From positions 7,006,001 to 7,070,000 of the forward strand of contig JBHGNT010000020.1 of assembly GCA_043228905.1 (NCBI GenBank): 64,000 nt of DNA, in the 5' to 3' direction. Positions 24,560 to 36,421 of this stretch are shown here, in pieces. The notes under the pieces are model-generated. The model worked only from the letters and a program-made list of their open reading frames with translations, had not been told where the DNA came from and did not search any database. The stretch is from Azolla caroliniana. Taxonomy: Eukaryota > Plantae > Polypodiophyta. Position 1 is the stretch's first letter. Each line of letters starts with the position of its first letter. The position numbers and the translations under genes are program-made.

Positions 24560-24639
24560 GACAATTTGCCCGAGTGGTCTAAGCCGTTGGATTTAGGCTC
24601 CAATCCAGAAGGGCATGGGTTCCAATCCCATAGTTTTCA
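24560..24639 (+). tRNA. tRNA-Leu(UAG)-derived copy, among the best preserved
   Basis: GACAATTTGCCCGAGTGGTCTAAGCCGTTGGATTTAGGCTCCAATCCAGAAGGGCATGGGTTCCAATCCCATAGTTTTCA; class II variable arm; lesions in T loop and acceptor. Confidence 0.8.
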
Positions 24640-25148
24640 TTGCTTATTTCGACAGATAGAAGATTGGAAATAATTTCCCTAAATAATTGTAATATTATTC
24701 TCCTCGGAAAACAAGGCAACGATAACCATGTGAGGAATTCATGGTTTTATATTGTAATCTTGACATTCTATCAATCTAGGATAAATAAGATATCCCAGGA
24801 ACAAGAGAGAAAACTAAATCTCCGCCGATTCAAGAGATAGAACATAAAGAAGACAATACAAGAACCATAATGCATATTGAGTATGTGTAGATTGACAAGA
24901 CATGGTTCTTAATTAATGTCATCGCTTCTATTACATATTACCAAATTAAATTTCTTATATCTCGTAATGAAGCTCATTTTTAAGGGCTTTTGAAGGCTTT
25001 TGTTTGTGCCAAATTCCGTTGCTAATAGAAAGCAAAACAACAAAACCAAATTCACTTCTTCTTCTTCTACCCTTTGCCGTTGTCACTTTCGTCCTATTTA
25101 TCTCTCTGTCTCTTTATATGAGGGTTTATTGGTCTTCTTTAATAACTC

Positions 25149-25221
25149 TACTATTTGACCCAATGGCCGAAGGGTTTAGATTTAGGCTCCAATATGGAAG
25201 GACATTGGTTCAAATCCCATA
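25149..25221 (+). tRNA. tRNA-Leu(UAG)-derived pseudogene copy (type B, 3' truncated)
   Basis: GATTTAGGCTCCAATATGGAAGGACATTGGTTCAAATCCCAT, then a deletion into spacer. Confidence 0.6.
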
Positions 25222-25405
25222 ACAAAGCTCTATTGGTTCAAGTATATATGACCAATAACAAACCTCTATTCATAGGCTTTCCAAGGCTTGTGTTTGTGCC
25301 AAATTCGATGGTAGAGATCAAAGATGAAGAAGAAAATACATGACCCGCAATGCATCTTGAATATGTTGAATTCATGGTGTTTGAACTTGTTATTTTTAAC
25401 AAATC

Positions 25406-25485
25406 GACAATTTGGCCGAGTGGTCTAAGGCGTTGGGTTTAGGCTCCAATCAAGAAGGGCATGGATGCAAATCCCGTATTTGTGA
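25406..25485 (+). tRNA. tRNA-Leu(UAG)-derived copy (intact A box, damaged 3' half)
   Basis: GACAATTTGGCCGAGTGGTCTAAGGCG matches the recalled plant tRNA-Leu(UAG) 5' end except one base. Confidence 0.8.
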
Positions 25486-25957
25486 CTAATTATTTCGAAA
25501 GATAGAAGCCTAGATATAATTTCACACAATAATTGTAATATTGTTCTCCTAAGAAAACAACACAATAATGACAAACAAATGATTATCGCACAATTATTCA
25601 TTTATATGGTACTTTCTGTTACCGATAACCAAATTAAATTTGGTGAATATGACGAGTAAGAAAGCTCTATTTGTGGGTTTTGTTTGTGCCAAATTCCCAT
25701 GTTGATAGAGAGAGCATGAACACAAACAAACCCTTCTCTTCTTCTTCAACCCCTCTCGTCTATCACGTTCTTAATGTGTATGTCTCTATCTTTTTTGTTC
25801 GAGTGTATCTAACCAACCACAAAACTCTATTCATAGGCTCTCCAAGGCTTGTGTTTGTGCCAAATTCAATGGACGAGATCAAAGATGAAGAAGAAAATAT
25901 ATGGCCCACAATGCATGTTGAGTTCATGATGTTTGGACTTGTTTTTTTCAACAACTC

Positions 25958-26037
25958 AACAATTTGCCCGAGTGGTCTAAGCCGTTGAATTTAGGCACCA
26001 ATCCGGAAGGGCATAGGTTCATATCGTATAGTTGTCA
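25958..26037 (+). tRNA. tRNA-Leu(UAG)-derived pseudogene copy
   Basis: CCGAGTGGTCTAAGCCGTTGAATTTAGGCACCAATCCGGAAGGGC...AGTTGTCA. Confidence 0.72.
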
Positions 26038-26551
26038 TTGCTTATTTTGAAAGATCAAAGATTGGAAATAATTTCCCATAATAATTGTAATATTATTCTC
26101 CTAGCAAAAAAAGGCAATTATAAATGATAACCATGTAAGGAATTCATGGTGTTATATTGCAATCTTGACATTCTATCGATCTAGGATAAATAAGATTTCC
26201 CAGGAACAAGAGAGAAAACCAAACCTCCACTAATTCAAGAGATAGAACATAAAGAAGACAATACGAGAACCGTAATGCATATTGAGTATGTGTAGATTGA
26301 CAACACACGATTCTTAATTAATGTCATTGCTTCTATTACATATTACCAAACTAAATTTTCTATATATCGTAAAAAAGCTCGTTTCAAGGGCTTTCAGAGA
26401 CTTATGTTTCGGCCAAATTCCGTTGCTAATAGAAAGCGAACCAACAAAACGAAATGCTCTTCTTCTTCTACTACCCTTCTCCTCTGACACTTCATCCTAT
26501 TTATCTCTCAATCTCTTTATATTGGTGTTTATTGGTCTTTTTTAAAAACTC

Positions 26552-26607
26552 TACTATTTGACCCAGTGGTCTAAGGCTTTCGATTTAGGCTCCAGTACGG
26601 ATGGACA
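26552..26607 (+). tRNA. tRNA-Leu(UAG)-derived copy (type B) cut by a Copia LTR
   Basis: CCCAGTGGTCTAAGGCTTTCGATTTAGGCTCC, then LTR at 26608. Confidence 0.65.
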
Positions 26608-27820
26608 TGTGCGGAATAGTGGTCGGCCACAACCGAGTCTCAATCACTCAATGGAAGAAAACAGGAAAAACAGGAAATAAGTCAACACATGATGTTAACG
26701 TGGACAACCCTAATCAGGAAAAACAACGGGAGCCCATGGACTCCAACTAGCTCTATGAGAGGAAAGGTACAAAGAAAGACTCAGACGCAATGACCACGAG
26801 CTCTATGTCTTCGCCAACCAGCGGTTACAACAGAAGATACTTTTTGTTTCTCTCTATATATATATACAACAACAATAATAACCACCAACCACACTCTACT
26901 AAAGTGATTGCCCTAAGTCATATTTATACTTATATGACTTTAGGACTATTTACAAATATGGCCATGACGGACACACTAGAAACATATTTACATAAATGTC
27001 TCAGGATCCGGTTCACACCGGATCCGTCCGGTTCGGTTCCTTCCTTCGGCTCGTCCGATCCGTCTTATTTGGATCCCATTCGGATTCCATCTGGAGGGAC
27101 CAAATTCCCAACAAGCTCCCCCTTCACTCCGGCATGGGATGTCTTGTCAATGCGATCCGTCTCCTACACTTGTCCAGCTTGTCGGCTGACAGCACCTTGG
27201 TTAGCATGTCCGACATGTTCTCCTTCGTATGGATCTTTGTCAGCAAGAACTCTTTATCTTCTACCTTCTCCCAGAGCCAATGGTATCTCCTCTGGATGTG
27301 TTTGGTCTGGGAATGGTAGGCCGCGTTCTTCGTGAGGTGGATGGCTCTTTAACTATGGCAGTAGAGCCGGAATTTCTCCTACCAGATTCCTAACTCTCCG
27401 ATGAAGTCCGTCATCTAGGTTACCTCTTTACCGATTCTACAGCCGCCATGTACTCCGCTTCCGTTGTTGATAGTGCAACAGACTTCTGCATCCTCAACTG
27501 CCATGATACGGCTCCCCCTACATATGTCATGACATATCCGGATGTAGACCGGTTGGTTTCTGCATCAGCCGACATGTCGGAGCCGAATCGGAGGTGCCTT
27601 TCAAGTACTAGAGTATCCACTTTACCGCGGTCCAGTGTTCTCTTCCCAGATTGCTCATGAACCGGCTGACTAGTCTGACTACATATCCGATATCCGGCCG
27701 GGTGCACACCATTGCATACGTCAAGGTACCGACTGCGGAGGCATACAATACCTTTGTCATCTCCGTTTTCTCCGCCTTTGTCTTCGTCTGACCGGATTGA
27801 CATCCAACATGTTGAACCTT
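26608..27820 (-). mobile_element. 3' remnant of Tnt1/Tork-like Copia: LTR 26608-27113 plus deleted RT/RH
   Basis: PPT GAAGGGGGAG on minus; SDMSADAETNRSTSGYVMTY, YASAVGTL; homologous to 59948-61400. Confidence 0.88.
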
Positions 27821-28510
27821 TGAAGCACAAAATATCCTCAATAAAAAACTAAACAATCTCACTGCAGAATATAGAAAAAATTGCACCGTAGCATTAATAG
27901 AGGCCCAAAAAACCCTAGCTATTAGTTTTACTGAAACTATCAACAAGTTGAGCAAAGACTCCAAGACATTGTATCAATGCTCTTGGATATCCCATTGCAC
28001 AACCTTGTCACATCACACCAATGGGAGGAAAAACTCCAACATTGAAAAATGAAACTTTTGCTAAATTTAATAGCCACTTAGAGCAAGCCACCTTAGACTT
28101 TAGCATACAGATTTCCTTAGAAGCTAAAACTAAAGTGGCTAATTACCACGGTTGAGCAAAGACTCCAAGACATTGTATCATTGCTCTTGGATATCCCATT
28201 TCACAACCTTGTCACATCACACCAATGGGAGGAAAAACTCCAACATTGGAAAAATGAAACTTTTGCTAAATTTAATAGCCACTTAGAGCAAGCCACCTTA
28301 GAATTTAGCATACAGATTTCCTTAGAAGCTAAAACTAAAGTGGCTAATAAATCAGCCCAAGACGCCATCATCTTGAAATCCATGACGATGGGCAAAGAAA
28401 AAACAATAAATACTCTAACAGATGATGGGCTAAAAAAGATCAAGAATCAAGTAGACAATTACCTTAAACCGTTCCTAGAGAAAATTAATAAAAAAGATCA
28501 AGAATCAAGT
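27821..28510 (+). other. Unidentified A-rich coding-like fragment with 204-bp tandem duplication
   Basis: Helical K/L/E/N-rich reading (ORF from 28181); duplicated blocks start at 27947 and 28151; no motif recognised. Confidence 0.45.
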
Positions 28511-28678
28511 GTCTCTTTCTTTTTTGTTCGAGTATATATGACCAATAACAAAGCTCTATTCATAGGCTTTCCAAGGCTTGTTTTGTGCCAAATTCAATGG
28601 AAGAGATCGAAGATGAAGAAGAAAATACATGGCCCGCAATGCATGTTGAATTCATGTTGTTTTGTTTTTGAACAATTT

Positions 28679-28758
28679 GACAAATTTTCTGAGTCGTATA
28701 AGGCGTTGGATTTAGGCTCCAATCCGGAAGGGCATGGGTTCAAATTCCATAGTTGTCA
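28679..28758 (+). tRNA. tRNA-Leu(UAG)-derived copy (good 3' two-thirds, D arm damaged)
   Basis: AAGGCGTTGGATTTAGGCTCCAATCCGGAAGGGCATGGGTTCAAATTCCATAGTTGTCA. Confidence 0.78.
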
Positions 28759-28828
28759 TTGCTTATTTCGAAAGATAGGAGATTGGAAATAATTTCCCAC
28801 AATAATTGTAATATTGTTCTTATAGGAG

Positions 28829-28887
28829 AATGCTTTATATTTAAGCTCCAATCCGTAAGGCCATTGGGTCAAATCCCATAGTTGTGA
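28829..28887 (+). tRNA. 3' fragment of type B tRNA-Leu-derived copy
   Basis: Nearly identical to 23181-23239. Confidence 0.55.
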
Positions 28888-28936
28888 TTGATTATTTCAA
28901 AAGATAGAAGATTGGAAATAATTTCACGTATAATAA

Positions 28937-30950
28937 CCAGTGATAGCCGGAATTGTTGAGCCGGCGAGCAACCAAATTGAAGAGTTAAGAGAATATTTGG
29001 CAGTTCAAATGGCTGTCATAGACAAGGAAAAAAGGCTAAGGAGAACGGCGGAAGAAGAGTTGAATCGGCTAAAAAGGGGCATTGAGTGGCTTAATGATGG
29101 ATTCCATCGGGTGAAGACAGAAAACGATCGACTCAATGAGGAATGCCGGCAGCTAAAAGGAGGCCAACATTCATATCACTATAGAAAATCCGAACCTGTC
29201 CGAGGAAAATGAGGAATTATGGCAACAAAGGGAGCAAATAAAGAGACTCGCCGAAGAAGAAATTGAACAGCTCTGGGGTTTACGGCAACAAAAGGAAAGA
29301 GACGATCGGGTAAGGGCACAATAGGCAAGGAGACTAAACGAAAAGCAGGTTGGCTTTGATAAGCTACATAAGAAGAATACAGAGTTGCGAGCAGATTACA
29401 ATCAGCAGAGAAAGAAGCTGAAGGAGGCAAGGGCCAAACTAAAGGAGCGAGATGAAGCCTTTCAATATCAAACAACGTTGCTCGAAATGGAAATAACAAA
29501 ACTTCAAAGCGAAGGCAGAGAGGAGAGAGAATGATTTATCACGGAGAAACACATCATGGTCAAAGCCAACAAGAGGACTCTAGAAAGGATTGTGAAAATT
29601 TATCAGTCGCAAATCTAGAATTATGAAATAGAAGTGCAGGTGTCAACCACAATTAAGCGGCTCAAGTAGGAAAAGCAAGAAACCTTAACAAAAGTCGAAA
29701 GGGGCCCAACAAGGATAAAGATTCTACTGGAAAAACATATAGGGAGGCTAGACAGAAGGATCGAGGAGAGTTCAGAAGCAATTTGGAAGGCAATGTCGGC
29801 GTAAGCAGTGGAATTGCAGACATACAAGGCCAATTATGAAAATCAGCAGAAAACTAGCAAGCGCTTCTACAAAATGAACAAGCAAAATATAAATACAATA
29901 AGAGAAGAACTTGCGGACGACTTCTATGTGTTAGCCCAAGCCTCTTCTGACAAAATCCGAAAATTACTAGAAGAATTTGATGATGATCAGTTGCAATTCG
30001 CGCTGGAGTTAGAAGCCTATAAGAACGAACGAGTACAGTCGACCCAGGACGTAAGAACAGCCGAGCGGAGATAATCAGGACCAACTAGTAGGAGAAATGG
30101 CGGATCATGCAATGTCAAACATAAGAATCGAGGAACTGATGGAGCGAGTAGAGCAGCTGATCAAGAAGATAAATGAAGAGCAACCGAAACTAGGAGCTGA
30201 AGAGGAAAAAACCGGAGAAGTGCCAATCCAAACCGAAGGGGAAGGGGAGCCAACGGACGATAGGGAGAACAAGGAGCCGGAGCCAAGTAAAGTGGATATT
30301 TTGGAGGAAAGTTGAAGACAATTTTATGGGTTTGTCGTGCAAGGCACTGTCCAACGGGTGTGCCATGTGTTACGCTTAGGAGCAGAAAGAAGACAAAGAG
30401 ATAAGCCAAAAGCCGGCTAAGTATGAAAACCGAGGCCCAATGCCGATTAGGACAGGTGGCTAGCAATGTGAAGCCGGAATTAAGTAGTAGCTAAATATTA
30501 TTATAAATATTGACATAGCCAAAATAATAATTGGATATGAAGCGATATGGACCCGAATAGCTATGACCATTAGAGTATGATCATGAGGGATGTGCCGATC
30601 GGATTCGGCATTATATCAGTGCATGCGTACCTATAAAAAAGGACAGGAATCTTGTATCATGTTGTCTGTATATAGAACGTTAATATATAGATAAGATTTT
30701 TGTTTACAATACCTTTTTTCTATTGATCTATCTCGGTTAATTCTTAAACAAGCTTTGAATTAATGTGATTATTAGCCGATCGGTGATGTAGCCGATTCAG
30801 ACTGTCTATGTTTCAATTGATTCGGTTGTAGCCAAAATCCCTGTGTCTCCAGAAAAATACTATTTGTTAGTTGTGGTCTATATGTTATTCCCATCCCTCC
30901 TACCACGATCTTTGGTGAAGGGTACTCAGTGATTGAGTATCTGACCTATT
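28937..30950 (+). mobile_element. 3' remnant of a diverged Gypsy A/B relative (copy C): coiled-coil ORF3 end and 3' LTR from 30368
   Basis: IREELADDFYVLA..FDDDQL matches ORF3 of A/B; same pre-LTR GGGTGTGCCATG motif; LTR shares CCTATAAAA and TTTGGTGAAG blocks; right end unclear. Confidence 0.8.
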
Positions 30951-30959
30951 AATACTATT

Positions 30960-32113
30960 GTCATATGGCTCAAACGGCTATTGAGGGAATTGTGGGTGGA
31001 GTTTGCCGATCCAACGATGATCTACTACGACAACCTCAACAACATCCAGCTTGTAACAAACCCTGTGTTTCACGCTTAGACAAAGCACATAGAAGTGCAT
31101 TATCACTTTGTGGATGAGCGCATTCTCAATGGTGAAGTCAAACTGCAATATGTTCCAACCGATTGGTAGGTAGTTGACATCTTCACCAAACCTCTTGGAC
31201 TCAACAAGTTGCTGCAATTCTCCATCTTCACCAAACCTCTTGGATCGTGGGTTGTTGTATAGGACCGGCGTAGCTGAACAATTAGTCGACTACACGGATG
31301 CCGATTGGGCCAGAAATGCTAGCGACCAACGGTCGACATTGAGATATGTGTTCTCCTTGGGGAGTGTTGCGATCGCCTAGTGCAACAAGAAGCAGCCGAC
31401 AGTGGCACTATTGAGCACCGAGGCCAAGTATAGAGGAGCAGTTGTCGCCATGTGCAAAGCCATATGACTCAAGTGGCTATTAAGGGAGCTATGGGTGCAA
31501 ACTACTGATCCAACCACATCCAATGGAGAAGAAGAATCGGAGATAGCTGATTCGGATAATGGAGATGATTCAGACGAATCGAATCAAGAGAACGTTGATC
31601 GACCAAGAGGGCAACCGAAGACGATGCCAAGGCAGGAGAGCCAACGGATCAGAGGGCGCCGAAGTCATAAGGGTGTGAAGAAGGCTAACAAGAGACTAAG
31701 GAGCAGACAAGCCGACTAGACAGATCGAGGAGCACGAGATCGAACAAGTCGTGGAGCGCAAGCCAGAAGGCATACTTACAGGACGAGCCGGAGTGAGGGA
31801 CCAATTGGAATGAATGGCGACCTCAAGTTGAGTTTGAGGGCGAGTGTTGAGTGACAAGCTCAACATGCCAAATTGGCTAAAGAAGTCGACAACTAGATCG
31901 GCCAGGAGCCAATAGGTTGTTAGAGGTCTATATTCCTATTTTAGTAATAGGAATATTATAGGCAATTATTGTTAGAGGCTCATTGGAGATCATTCAAGTA
32001 CTTGATATTGCTTGTGTCAACCCTAATAGTAGGCTTGTATATAAAGTGCTATATGAGCACATTTGTCTGTACTAAGAACATTTTCAATAGAAGTTTTTTG
32101 TTGTTTGCTCATC

Positions 32114-32164
<51 letters not shown>

Positions 32165-32259
32165 TGTACTTACTCTTTGAGTATTCCTAATTGTTTTCTA
32201 TTGTCCAATTGAGTCGGTTGCGTCAGTTGTACGCAAGCTTCTGTGTATAAACTTTTACA
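30960..32259 (+). mobile_element. Scrambled Copia RNase H remnant with 3' LTR (31845-32259)
   Basis: KHIEVHYHF block precedes YTDADWA block (rearranged); PPT GAGTTTGAGGGCGAG, then TGTTGAG...TTTTACA. Confidence 0.8.
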
Positions 32260-32544
32260 AAATCTATGTTGAAGTATCATGTAAATCACTTTAGACATAA
32301 TATAAACCATTGTTAAAAAACAAATGGTCCACCAAAATAATAACAAAACTTTTGATATCCCAAACATTACCATAAGTAAATTCATGGCACTTGTCTACAA
32401 GCAAAGTTTAACTAAACAAAACAAAAAATTGAAAGTTTTAACTAGAGGAACATATATTTTAAAGACCATTATTGAATTGCTTAACTTCAAAAAATACAAT
32501 GTTTGGATAAATATGTGTCTTAACTTGAATAAAAGCAAACATTG

Positions 32545-32983
32545 TGTTGGCTGGCAAGACCAAAGGGCCGGTTAGAGTCCAAAATGTGAAAGGGGTATTT
32601 AATTAAGGATAGGGAGTTGTTATTAATAAATATTATGTTATTTTGAGAAGATAAATATTGTGTTATTATTTTATTTTGAGAAGATAAATATTATGTTATT
32701 ATGTTATTTTGAGAAGATAAATATTATGTTATTATGTTATTATTATTTTGAGAAGCTGGTGAACGAACCAGAATCTGTATGCCGATTCGGATCCGGATCT
32801 GATCGTCCTGTGCTTAATATCATTAATCTTACACGTGTGCTACAAATCATTAACAGTGCCGATTAGTGATAGATTAAGACCCATTTGATACCATGCTCCA
32901 TCCATATCTCACCGTACCACCCTTTGGTGAAGTGTTCCATAGGGACACCCTATGTTAGGGCTTGTCCAGCCTAAAGGATAACA
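32545..32983 (+). repeat. 5' LTR of Gypsy B (internal deletion relative to the 3' LTR)
   Basis: TGTT...GGATAACA; ~32-bp TTATGTTATTTTGAGAAGATAAATA repeats. Confidence 0.9.
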
Positions 32984-33031
32984 CCGTTTTTGGCGACCAT
33001 GATTCCTATAGTGAGCAAAGAACACTGCGGG

Positions 33032-35357
33032 ATGATGTCTCGACTGACTAACGACCAAGTCACCGAACGAGGAAGAAGACTAGCCAGAAGACAGCAAAGG
33101 TGGGAAGCCTTCCAACAAGCGGCCGAGGAGATCCGATAGGATCGATCTTTTCCCAAAGTGCTACGGAGGGTCGCGGAAGAAGCAGTTCGGTTCCAAAAAC
33201 AACAACTTTCCGATGAGGGCAGTAGTCTGACGAGCCTGCAAGAGGCAGAATCGGGGTTGCGAACGCTTCCTGAAGGCAACGGAGACTCGAAGGCATTCTC
33301 GGCCTTAGAGTCGGAATCGGATAGTGAACAAAGCGTCCAGTCGAATTACAAAAGCAGCCACGATACTCCGGACGATCCAGAGGACGACAAATCGGACGGC
33401 TCATCAACACCAACCGCAGAGAAAGCGGAAAACCCCACATCGACACCACCCGCGGAGAAAGCGGAAAACCGCACACCAACACCACCTGAGGAGGAAGTGG
33501 AAAACCACGCACCAACACCACCCGCAACACAAGAACTAGACCACACATCTCCGATACAACCTCCCGAAGACTACACCATGTTGTACCTATATCCGAAGTA
33601 CCGTGATGACCTTGACGCGGAGGCGCACGTCTATGCATTCCTACAAACATGGGAAGCAAATCATGTGTCCCAAAGGCTGACCGAACCGGAAGCCGAACGG
33701 TCAAAATTTGCCAAATTCGGCATGACATTAGAGGGACCGGCAGCCCGATGGCACGCAAAGCACCTACCCGGAAGCTTTGCCACATTTGAGGCCTTGAAAA
33801 CAAAATTCATCCGGCTATTCCATAGGCAAGTGGAACAACACAAACTAGTCGGTGAGTTTTACACAACCCACCAAGAGGAGCAGCAGACAATGCCCCAATT
33901 TATCATCCTATTTCAAACACTACATAGCCAGTTAACAAGGGCACCTCCGGATGAGGAGGCGAAAGCGGTGTTCCTGGCCGCTCTACGAGAACCCCTCCGA
34001 ACGATGTGCGCGGTACTAGATTTCCAAGCCAGCACAATGGATCAAGTCATCGATCGGGTGCTGGAAATGGATAAACATAACTCCCTGATGACGATGGGAG
34101 CCCTGCAGATGGCCCTTCCAAATAAGGAGGATCTCAGGTTTCGCCAAGCGTTGCAATGCACAACGTGTCTAAACCTAGGCCATTCGACGATAGACTGCAC
34201 AATGAGGACATTGTGTATGATCAGCCACTCACGGGCACACAGAACGGACCAATGTGAGTACAACCTACTCAACCGACAAGCGGCACCGGTGCGGAACATT
34301 GAACCACAAAGCAATCACGAACCAGACGACGAACGGTTTTGGAGGGAGGACCGATACCAACCAGAACGTTGGGATCGGTACAATGATAGAAGACGCGACA
34401 ACTATGGGCGCGATTGTGACGACTGACGCAAGGAAGGCTACAACTGAGATCGGTATGAACGGGACTACGCCCCGGATTACGACTGGAGAAGGGATGCTTA
34501 TGACCAGGATCGGTATGATAGGAACCAAGATTATAACGATGATTGGTATGGTCGCGATTACTCTGCAAGCTACAACCAGAGGAGGGAGGACCAACGAGGA
34601 GACTACGAAGACCGGCACCGACAGGGTTACAAGAACAATAGACGCTTTATTAAGAAATGGAACTTTCGGAAAGAGGATCGTCGAGAGCCAGCAAAGGAGT
34701 ACCAACAAGAGCCGGATAGGAGCATAAGCAGCACCCAACCAGAACAAAGAAGAACAAAAGAACCTAACCGAGCGGTAACCGGATTTCAACCGGGTACCAG
34801 GCTGAAAGCATAATCTAGCAATACCCGAAAGGCGTATTGTTACTATTGCCGCCAGGAAGGCCATTACAGCAACCAATGTCCGGTTAAAAGTAACGAAAAA
34901 CGATCGACAATCAACATGGTAGTAGTAGAAGAAGCGGATATACAACAAGTCACCACCAGATCAAAAGGAAAGACAGCGGAGTGGGAAGCACAGGAGGCCA
35001 TACGAAAACAGACCACCGAATGGATTGAAAAGGCCAACAGACGCAATGTCACCGAAATGAAGGAGCACATGAATAACGAAAAGTAACGAAAGTAACAATC
35101 GACAATCAACATGGTAGTAGTAGAAGTAGCGGATATATAGCAAGTCACCACCAGATCAAAAGGAAAGACAGCGGAGTGGGAAGCACAGGAGGCCATACGA
35201 AAACAGACCATTGAATGGATTGAAAAGGCCAACAGACGCAATGTCACCGAAATGAAGGAGCACATGAATACAATGGAGGAACTCACCATAAAGGCACAAC
35301 CAGAGAAGCCCATGTGGCAAGCATTTCAGGAATGCCAAATCACTTTACCACTGGGCC
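33032..35357 (+). pseudogene. gag: Gypsy B gag with three zinc-knuckle-like motifs; protease deleted downstream
   Basis: LEGPAARW capsid motif; CTTCLNLGHSTIDC, CMISHSRAHRTDQC, CYYCRQEGHYSNQC. Confidence 0.85.
34881..35270 (+). repeat. 195-bp tandem duplication at gag/pol junction
   Basis: ATCGACAATCAACATGG at 34903 and 35098. Confidence 0.9.
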
Positions 35358-35359
35358 AG

Positions 35360-36421
35360 TGAGAAACGTATCTCCATGCATTGTGCAAACGGAAGAGGCT
35401 GGTGAGAAATCCGATAAGGATGCAATCCGGGAACTATGGCAAGCACAAGAGGCCTTGGAACGGGAAATGGCGGTATCTCAACGAGTAAAGGCAACCCAAC
35501 TAGAAGAAGTAAATTTGGGCACCGGAGAGGTAGCGCGTCCGGTACACGTGGCCAAGGAGATGCCACCAGAAGACAAATCAGCAATGATAACATTATTAAA
35601 AGAATTTCGGGACGTATTCGCCTGGTCCTACAAAGATATGCGGGGACTTGACCCCCAACTCTATCAACACCAGATTCACCTCAGCAAGGGCGCTAAGCCG
35701 GTGGCACAACGACGCTATCGGATGAACCCAAACTACGCGGCAAGAGTAGAGGAAATTGACAAGCTACTTCGAGTCGGCTTTATCCGGCCAATGAAGAAAA
35801 CCACTTGGCTAAGTCCAATTGTCATAGTGCCGAAGAAGAACAGCAAGATCCATGTTTGCGTGGATTACCGGAAATTGAACGCGGCAACGGTTACCGACGC
35901 ATTTCCACTTCCGTTTACGAATGGGATTTTAGATGTAGTAGCCGGGCACGAGGTTTATAGCTTCCTCGATGGTTTCAGCGGATATAACCAAATAAGGATG
36001 CACCCGGACAATCAAGAAAAGACGGCGTTTGTGACAGAATGGGGAGTCTTTGTAGCAGTTGTAATGATGTTCGGACTCAAGACGGTGTCAGCAACCTTTT
36101 AGAGGATTATTATGGAAGTATTTGGAGAGTTCATACCGGCATTTATGCAGGTATATTCCTGGATGACTTCCCGGTATATAGCCGGAAAGGGGAACATCTC
36201 GACCATCTCAACTTATGCTTGGAAAAGTGCAGAGGATACCGGTTAAGCTTAAACCCGGCAAAATGCGTCTTCGGTGTAACCAACGGCACATTGTTGGGTC
36301 ATATTGTTAGCAAGGAAGGGATTGTCATGGACCCAGATAAGGTCAAGGCTATTTTGCAGGCACCGGCACCGACGACCGCCAAGGCGTTAAGCTGATTCTT
36401 AGGACAGATCTGGTGGCATAG
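35360..36421 (+). pseudogene. Reverse transcriptase of Gypsy B
   Basis: CVDYRKLN, FLDGFSGYNQI, MFGLK, FLDDF. Confidence 0.92.

Larger units (their letters stand above)
21274..28935 (+). repeat. Decayed tandem array of tRNA-Leu(UAG)-containing units (~550/590-bp alternating monomers), interrupted by inserts
   Basis: About 11 tRNA-like copies, most followed by the same GAAAGATAGAAGATTGGAAATAATTTC flank; two alternating AT-rich spacers. Confidence 0.9.

Noticed and set aside
24560-26037. Functional tRNA-Leu genes
   Set aside because: Each copy has lesions in the A box, B box or a stem; called pseudogene copies pending tRNAscan-SE
22937-26545. Short hydrophobic ORFs repeated in the array spacers
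   Set aside because: Frames and stops differ between units; consistent with AT-rich non-coding repeat
21274-28935. CRISPR-like repeat/spacer appearance
   Set aside because: Repeats are ~80-bp tRNA copies, spacers are ~500 bp and themselves repeated, there are no cas genes, and the context is eukaryotic
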